Shown: piece by piece, positions 16,249 through 21,306 of the stretch
Layout of the letters: each line of letters begins with the position of its first letter
How positions within the stretch are numbered: the first letter of the stretch is position 1
Assembly: GCA_963835065.1 (NCBI GenBank)
Contig: CAWIEK010000027.1
Span: 1-21,306 of the forward strand
Direction of reading: 5' to 3'
Length of the DNA: 21,306 bases
Source of the DNA: an uncultured Chthonomonadaceae bacterium
GTDB lineage: Bacteria > Armatimonadota > Chthonomonadetes > Chthonomonadales > Chthonomonadaceae
Notes under the pieces: generated by a model
Databases searched by the model: none
Seen by the model: the letters and a program-made list of their open reading frames with translations, nothing else
Told to the model about the DNA's origin: nothing
Position numbers and translations under genes: made by a program

Positions 16249-17655
16249 TTATAATTGGTGGGCTATTTCCTCAGCCTGCCTGCGTTTATGTTCGTGTCTT
16301 CCCTCGTTAAGTATATCACTCATTCTCACCAAACAACGTTCGGCATCTGCCTTTTGCCCGGTTTGCAGATTGGCCTTTGCGAAATAATACAGTTGGTCAA
16401 AGCTGCTTTTGGGGAATACATCCATCGCCCCATTCAACAATGGCAATGCCGCTTCGGGCTGACCTGCCTTAACTAAAGTTCGCCCGCTTACGTAATCCGC
16501 TAAACCAATGCTCACACTGTCCGCTTGCTCTTCGGCAATCTTGCGGGAGGCTTTCAACAGCGCCAGTGCTTCTGATGTTTGACCCAATTCGGCATGGTAA
16601 GAGGCCATGTCGCGCAGAAAGTGCGTACGCACTTCTGCCTTGACCGCAAGCGTGTTCCATTCGTCCAAAACGCCGATCCCGCGTTTGTATCCCTTCGGCG
16701 TACCCGTCAAAGTCTCGTAAGACGCTTCCATACTGGCGGCCAGAAACCAGAATGTGTTTAATTTATGAAATTTGTCATCCTGCGCAAGAGTAGTTCGCGC
16801 GAACTTCATCACGCTGCGAACATACTCATGCATCTCTTTGAAGCGCCCTTGCCAGACAAGATGATCCGCATGGTGAGTCCAGATAAATGCCAGTATACGT
16901 TGCGCCTCAGCATTTCGCTGCGCGAACGGCCATAACTGCGCTTCCAGGGCAAGAAAAGCAAGATCAAGCGGCGCTTCGCACCCCCGATGTACCATCCAAA
17001 CCTGCCGTTGCGCAAAATCATCCAGAGATTCCAATGTAAGGGATTGATCTACAAAAGGGCAGGTAAGCCAGGAGCGGCGTCTGCGAAGTTCTGCTGTCTC
17101 CGTCTCCGTTGCATGGCACAACGTCAGGAGAGCTTCTACTCGATGTTCAGGAACGGCGCATTGCGCATGTTCCCACTTGCTGACACGGGGCGTATCTACG
17201 CCTAACGACTGCGCGACCTGCGCTGTGGTCAATCCTGCCCGTTGTCGTAATGCTTTCCACAGGTCGCCGACAGAAGGCATATAAGCAGGCGCATATCTGT
17301 TGTTGGCTGTTCCCAATGGCTGCGGCTTGGGTTGAACCCGCAGGACGCGCGGCGCATTGATCAGGGATTGCAGTTGCTCCGCTTCCTCAGAAGTTGCAGC
17401 CAACGCCTTCAGCAACAGCGGCAAACTGCCGGTATTGGGCAGGTACTCGCCTGCTTCCCATTGGCGGTAAGTGGCGTATCCGATTATCCCATCCGCTGTC
17501 ACATCGCGCATGGTCAATCCCCTGCTTTCACGCAGTTGCCGTAATACAGTCGCAAACGGTTCGTGCCTGATCTGCTTCACTCTAGCAGCCTCCATTTCCG
17601 TAACCGAAAACAGGTTCTTATCTTCTTTCATCCCATATGTCTCGTGTGTTTCCAT
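16249..17655 (-). CDS. Transcriptional regulator with two XRE-type HTH domains and a TPR-like helical C-terminus; start uncertain
   Basis: LRQLRESRGLT..WEAG..P and WKALRQRAGLTTAQVA..VSKWE; helical repeats GQTSEAL, GQPEAAL, GQKADA. Confidence 0.82.
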   Translation of the reverse strand: METHETYGMKEDKNLFSVTEMEAARVKQIRHEPFATVLRQLRESRGLTMRDVTADGIIGYATYRQWEAGEYLPNTGSLPLLLKALAATSEEAEQLQSLINAPRVLRVQPKPQPLGTANNRYAPAYMPSVGDLWKALRQRAGLTTAQVAQSLGVDTPRVSKWEHAQCAVPEHRVEALLTLCHATETETAELRRRRSWLTCPFVDQSLTLESLDDFAQRQVWMVHRGCEAPLDLAFLALEAQLWPFAQRNAEAQRILAFIWTHHADHLVWQGRFKEMHEYVRSVMKFARTTLAQDDKFHKLNTFWFLAASMEASYETLTGTPKGYKRGIGVLDEWNTLAVKAEVRTHFLRDMASYHAELGQTSEALALLKASRKIAEEQADSVSIGLADYVSGRTLVKAGQPEAALPLLNGAMDVFPKSSFDQLYYFAKANLQTGQKADAERCLVRMSDILNEGRHEHKRRQAEEIAHQL

Positions 17656-17850
17656 CGGTAAAATTCGTCGTCTGTAGTTCCATTCCTGCCGACAAGCGCT
17701 TAGTTTTAATGCAACATTTGCTTTTTTCCGGGCGGACATGCTATCAAATTGCTAACGTTTGTCAAAGAACAAACTTTTGTCTTTTCAGGCCATTGTCATT
17801 GTCTGTTCAGGAAGATACAGCCTGGCCAAACACTTTTACAAAGGAAAACT

Positions 17851-18048
17851 ATGAGTTTCAAAACAGCAACGCTGATTGCGCTAATCTGCACCGCCCTGCA
17901 AACCCTTATTATTGGCGGAACCTTTGTAAGCCCATCAATGCGATACGAAATCCAGAGCAACATTTTGTTCCGTTTTATCGGGCTGGCTGGCCTCGCCAGT
18001 ATGACCCTGTTCTTTTTTACCCTGTACTCCAAGCAACAGAAAGGATAA
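17851..18048 (+). CDS. Small two-TM membrane protein (65 aa)
   Basis: AAAGGA before ATG 17851; two hydrophobic segments; 4 nt from the next gene. Confidence 0.65.
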   Translation: MSFKTATLIALICTALQTLIIGGTFVSPSMRYEIQSNILFRFIGLAGLASMTLFFFTLYSKQQKG

Positions 18049-18052
18049 AACC

Positions 18053-18712
18053 ATGTTGGACGATCTGAAAGCGCTGCTCGAAATACCTGTCACGCCAAAA
18101 GCAACGGCAAGTCACTATACAAGCCAGACACGAAGTGATTCAATGACTTCATCTGAACAATTCTACGCCAATTCTGTAATGACAAGGTATTGCGACGCTT
18201 ATCTTGTCGCCCGCGTGACAACCGGCTTTGGCGGCATTATCAAAGCTATCGGCATTGCGCTTGCCGTTGGTATTTTCATGGGTGGTATTGTTGTTGGCAG
18301 CGCAATGGCAAGAATGTATGGCAGTGAAATACAGACGGGCTTGGGTATCCTGGGAGCCGCGTTTGCTGCCGTGATCGGCGCAACATTCTACCTGTTCGGC
18401 ATTTTGGTATCCGCCCAGGGGCAGATACTGAAAGCCACACTGGATGGAGCCGTCAATAACTCGCCATTTTTGACGAACGATCAAAAGGCGCAAACCATGT
18501 CGCTGCAAGCAGCATCTGGTTCCGCCAGACCTGCACAGCAAAATATGGAACAAATGGAGGCGGCTACGGTTGAGATGCCTGCGCCGCGTCCTGTAGCCCC
18601 CCCGCCTCCCGGAGTCGAGTGGAAATGCCGATGCGGAGCGACGAACGCAGGGAACATAGGCGCCTGTCCCAATTGCAAGCGCACGGCATTGGATTTAAAT
18701 GCGGTCATGTAA
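18053..18712 (+). CDS. Two-TM membrane protein with a C-terminal zinc ribbon
   Basis: Two Gly-rich hydrophobic helices, Pro linker, WKCRCGATN...CPNC (RanBP2-like pattern). Confidence 0.78.
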   Translation: MLDDLKALLEIPVTPKATASHYTSQTRSDSMTSSEQFYANSVMTRYCDAYLVARVTTGFGGIIKAIGIALAVGIFMGGIVVGSAMARMYGSEIQTGLGILGAAFAAVIGATFYLFGILVSAQGQILKATLDGAVNNSPFLTNDQKAQTMSLQAASGSARPAQQNMEQMEAATVEMPAPRPVAPPPPGVEWKCRCGATNAGNIGACPNCKRTALDLNAVM

Positions 18713-18810
18713 CGAGCCATCGCGCCTATTTTGGTCCATGTTGACATGCAGACGAGGACATGGGCAAAGGCAACAGTAGTCGTTCTTATTTTTCGGAGGA
18801 GGATCAAGCC

Positions 18811-19047
18811 ATGAAATACGTTACAGTGCGCGTTGTAGATGGAAGTGGCCGCCCACAGTCGAACGCTAAAGTCGCGTTTTGGGTTGGGGGTATCGCAGGC
18901 GGGTTCTTGCCGCCGCAGTACACCAATTCGGACGGCGAAGCCGACTTCAAACTCAATGACAGCTACTCCGAAATCTCGGTCAGCGTCAACGACAAAGAGC
19001 GCGTCCCGCGCGGCAGCGTCCGGGCTGAGTACAAGATTGTAATCTGA
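18811..19047 (+). CDS. Small beta-sandwich protein (carboxypeptidase regulatory-like/Ig-like)
   Basis: GGAGGAGG ribosome-binding site; VRVVDGSGRP..NAKV...TNSDGEA pattern. Confidence 0.7.
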   Translation: MKYVTVRVVDGSGRPQSNAKVAFWVGGIAGGFLPPQYTNSDGEADFKLNDSYSEISVSVNDKERVPRGSVRAEYKIVI

Positions 19048-19159
19048 TTGTTGTTGATGGTTTACGGGCGCAAGTATGTCTGCGTTCGCTTTCATAATCG
19101 TGGGTAAGCAAACGCGGATGTCCTTAGTTTCCAGTGTCGAAACTAATAGGAAATAAGAA

Positions 19160-20559
19160 ATGATGCGAGTACAAGATCAGCTTCGAGAAGCGGTCAACAC
19201 GGGTGATCTTGCTCAGGTAAAAGCCTTGTGCGCGCAAGGCGCGGATGATGCCTGGGAAGATTATAATGACTGGTCTGGCCTACTGCTTTATGATGCTTGT
19301 AAGGAGGGGCATGTAGGCATTGTGCAATACCTACTTGCGCGAGGCGCAAACCCTTCTTATCACAACCTCAATTACGAGGGTCAGATCACGGACACGCCCC
19401 TGCATGTTGCTGCCAATCGCGGGGATGTTCATATCGCTGAGATGCTTCTCGCCGCAGGAGCCGAGGTCAACATCGAACGTGGTTATGATTATGGCAGCTG
19501 TACACCTTTATATCTGGCAGTGCGAGGCTACGATGAATGTGATGGAAACGAAACTCCCTTGAAGACCAGTGAAAGAAAACCGCTTTAACAGCAGATGATA
19601 GCCCTGCTGCTGGATAATGGCGCGGATGTTAACGCGACAGATGGAGAGGGTGTAACTATACTTCACGGCGGTATTAGCGCGAGCATGACTGCGTACCTGA
19701 TTAGCAGAGGGGCCGATGTCAATGCCAAGGATAATGAAGGTTGTACGCCACTGCACCGCGCTGCATCCGGTACGAACAACATTCGGATAGCTCAACGCCT
19801 GCTGTTAGCGGGTCGAAATCAAGTCTCTCCGCCGGACAGTCTTGGGCTGAACGCTCCTCAGAAAGTAATTGTTCTCCTGCAAGGAGGAGCTAATGCAGGC
19901 GTGAAAAACTACGCGGGGCGTACACCCCTTGACTTTGCGCAAACGGCAAGTAAATTGGGCGTAGACAATTCCGAAGTCATTCGGCTACTGGAAGACGATC
20001 AATATTCTCGGAACGCACATCTTGCCGCCAGCATAACAAACGCTCCTTCTTTAATGACAGAAAGCAAGCTCACGACAAACGGTTATGGAGGCAAAGCGGC
20101 GATACAGAAAATTGCGGCAGTCTTGGTAATAGCGTATTTGGCGATTTGGATCATTGCGTCTGCTGTAAACAGTTTTCGGCATCGCTCTGCCACGAACTCT
20201 GCTGCTATTCTAAACACAAACAAGTCACCTAATGCAAGTAGTCCGTCTGTGCTTGACACTTCCAACCCTGCGCTTGGGAACTATGTTGCGCTCACGTCAC
20301 AGCGCAAATTAACACAAGCGGACTGGTCGGCTTATCGAAATCAGACCTGACCGTGATGCGAAATGCGCCTTACGCGCGGCATCATTACCAGTTCGGGCAG
20401 GGACAGAGCAGTGCGCCCCTGTTCAGCTACTTCAACAAACAACCCTGGTATGTTCCGCAAACAAAGGATATAGAACGTATCTATGACACGTTCAGCCCGG
20501 TTGAACGCGCTAACGTCAACTTCATCCTGAACTACCAGAACAAATACGGCTTACGCTAG
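19160..20559 (+). pseudogene. Ankyrin repeat-TM-YARHG protein split by an in-frame TAA (19586-19588) and a 1-nt deletion (about 20323)
   Basis: Ankyrin motifs TPLHVAA, LLAAGAEVN, GADVN, GCTPLH, GRTPLD. The 19160 and 19595 ORFs share a frame. Restoring one C gives DLVGLSKSDLTVMRNAPYARHHYQF...YF..QPWY. Confidence 0.82.
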
Positions 20560-20617
20560 AACAGCCTTACGTCTGATCGTTTGCCTGCATACCTGCTGTT
20601 TCCCTTGCGGATCGTGA

Positions 20618-20974
20618 CTACAGCAGGTCAAGGTATGTTTTCAGAACCATGCGTATCTGTTCGCGTAAAGCTTCGTCATTCAGATATCCGTAAGAACCAA
20701 GCAGACGTTCTTTGGCGACAACACGAACCTGCTGCGCCATGACAATGGAAGCGTTGGGCTGACCGGCAATCCCGGCAGGCAGCAGTACCTCTGTGGAACG
20801 TAAGCGCCGTCCTGGACGCCATGTTGTTACCGACACAACGGCTACAACCGTCAGGGAGGTATTGATGGCTTCACGAGACACAATCAGGGCGGGCCGTATT
20901 CCTGCTTGTTCAGAGCCGCGTACCGGGTCAAAGTTTGCCCGCACCATTTGCCACTGATAGGGCGAGTTAATCAT
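20618..20974 (-). CDS. Type II toxin, PemK/MazF family endoribonuclease
   Basis: FDPVRGSEQAGIRPALIVS, QVRVVAKERL. Confidence 0.93.
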   Translation of the reverse strand: MINSPYQWQMVRANFDPVRGSEQAGIRPALIVSREAINTSLTVVAVVSVTTWRPGRRLRSTEVLLPAGIAGQPNASIVMAQQVRVVAKERLLGSYGYLNDEALREQIRMVLKTYLDLL

Positions 20975-21254
20975 GTCCTTCCTCTTCGTCCATCATCCGC
21001 GCCGTTTCCGCATCAATGTATTTGTACGCTTCCATCGTTTCTTCCATATCCTGCACGAACATTGGGTCGGACATGGCTTCTTCAAATTCGCGCCGCAATC
21101 TTTCCTCACGCGCCTGCTTGTCTATGGCTGTGGCCTCTTGTTCTGCCAGTTCACGCCTGAGCAGGAAACTGACAAAACCGTTCACATCCTGCCCCGCGCG
21201 TTTTGCCGCCGCCTCAATTTTCTGCTCCAACTCCGGTTCCAGCGTAATGGTCAT
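20967..21254 (-). CDS. Cognate antitoxin (ribbon-helix-helix-like N-terminus, acidic C-terminus)
   Basis: MTITLEPELEQKIEAAAKRAG; overlaps the toxin start; AAGGAG ribosome-binding site. Confidence 0.8.
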   Translation of the reverse strand: MTITLEPELEQKIEAAAKRAGQDVNGFVSFLLRRELAEQEATAIDKQAREERLRREFEEAMSDPMFVQDMEETMEAYKYIDAETARMMDEEEGHD

Positions 21255-21306
21255 CGTTCGCTCCTTTTGGTCTTCAGTCCTTTTCGCGTTGTTTCGCGGT
21301 TCTAAC

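Noticed and set aside
2567..19588. Stop-codon reassignment explaining the in-frame TAG (HNH) and TAA (ankyrin)
   Set aside because: greA, pcm and the M28 gene end at TAG and comEA ends at TAA at expected lengths, so the standard code applies.

Overview
Bacterial chromosomal window, GC-rich in the core part and visibly more AT-rich right of about 15.6 kb. Some hypothetical proteins suggest Armatimonadota, but that is tentative recognition only. Left part: the 3' portion of an S9 peptidase, then a convergent tRNA-Thr(TGT) whose 5' end is overlapped by an amber-interrupted HNH endonuclease gene that the ORF track only half shows, then a frameshifted WGDY-motif protein. Core cluster: greA-lysS-pcm-kptA, preceded by a strong sigma70 promoter and a terminator-containing leader. 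Middle: an M28 peptidase flanked by gene remnants, an NTF2-like secreted protein, comEA, a nucleotidyltransferase-like gene and a macrodomain gene. An orphan lepA 3' fragment marks the edge of an accessory block containing a HEPN pair, a double-HTH regulator, membrane proteins, an ankyrin-TM-YARHG gene and a MazF/PemK toxin-antitoxin pair. The most striking unexplained structure is a set of small palindromic elements whose arms are about four tandem copies of a 7-, 8- or 9-mer, with a different unit each time. One sits at every junction of greA-lysS-pcm-kptA, and others are translated in frame inside the peptidase. Several 1-nt frameshifts, including one in lysS, suggest sequencing or assembly errors, so all disrupted-gene calls need read-level checks.
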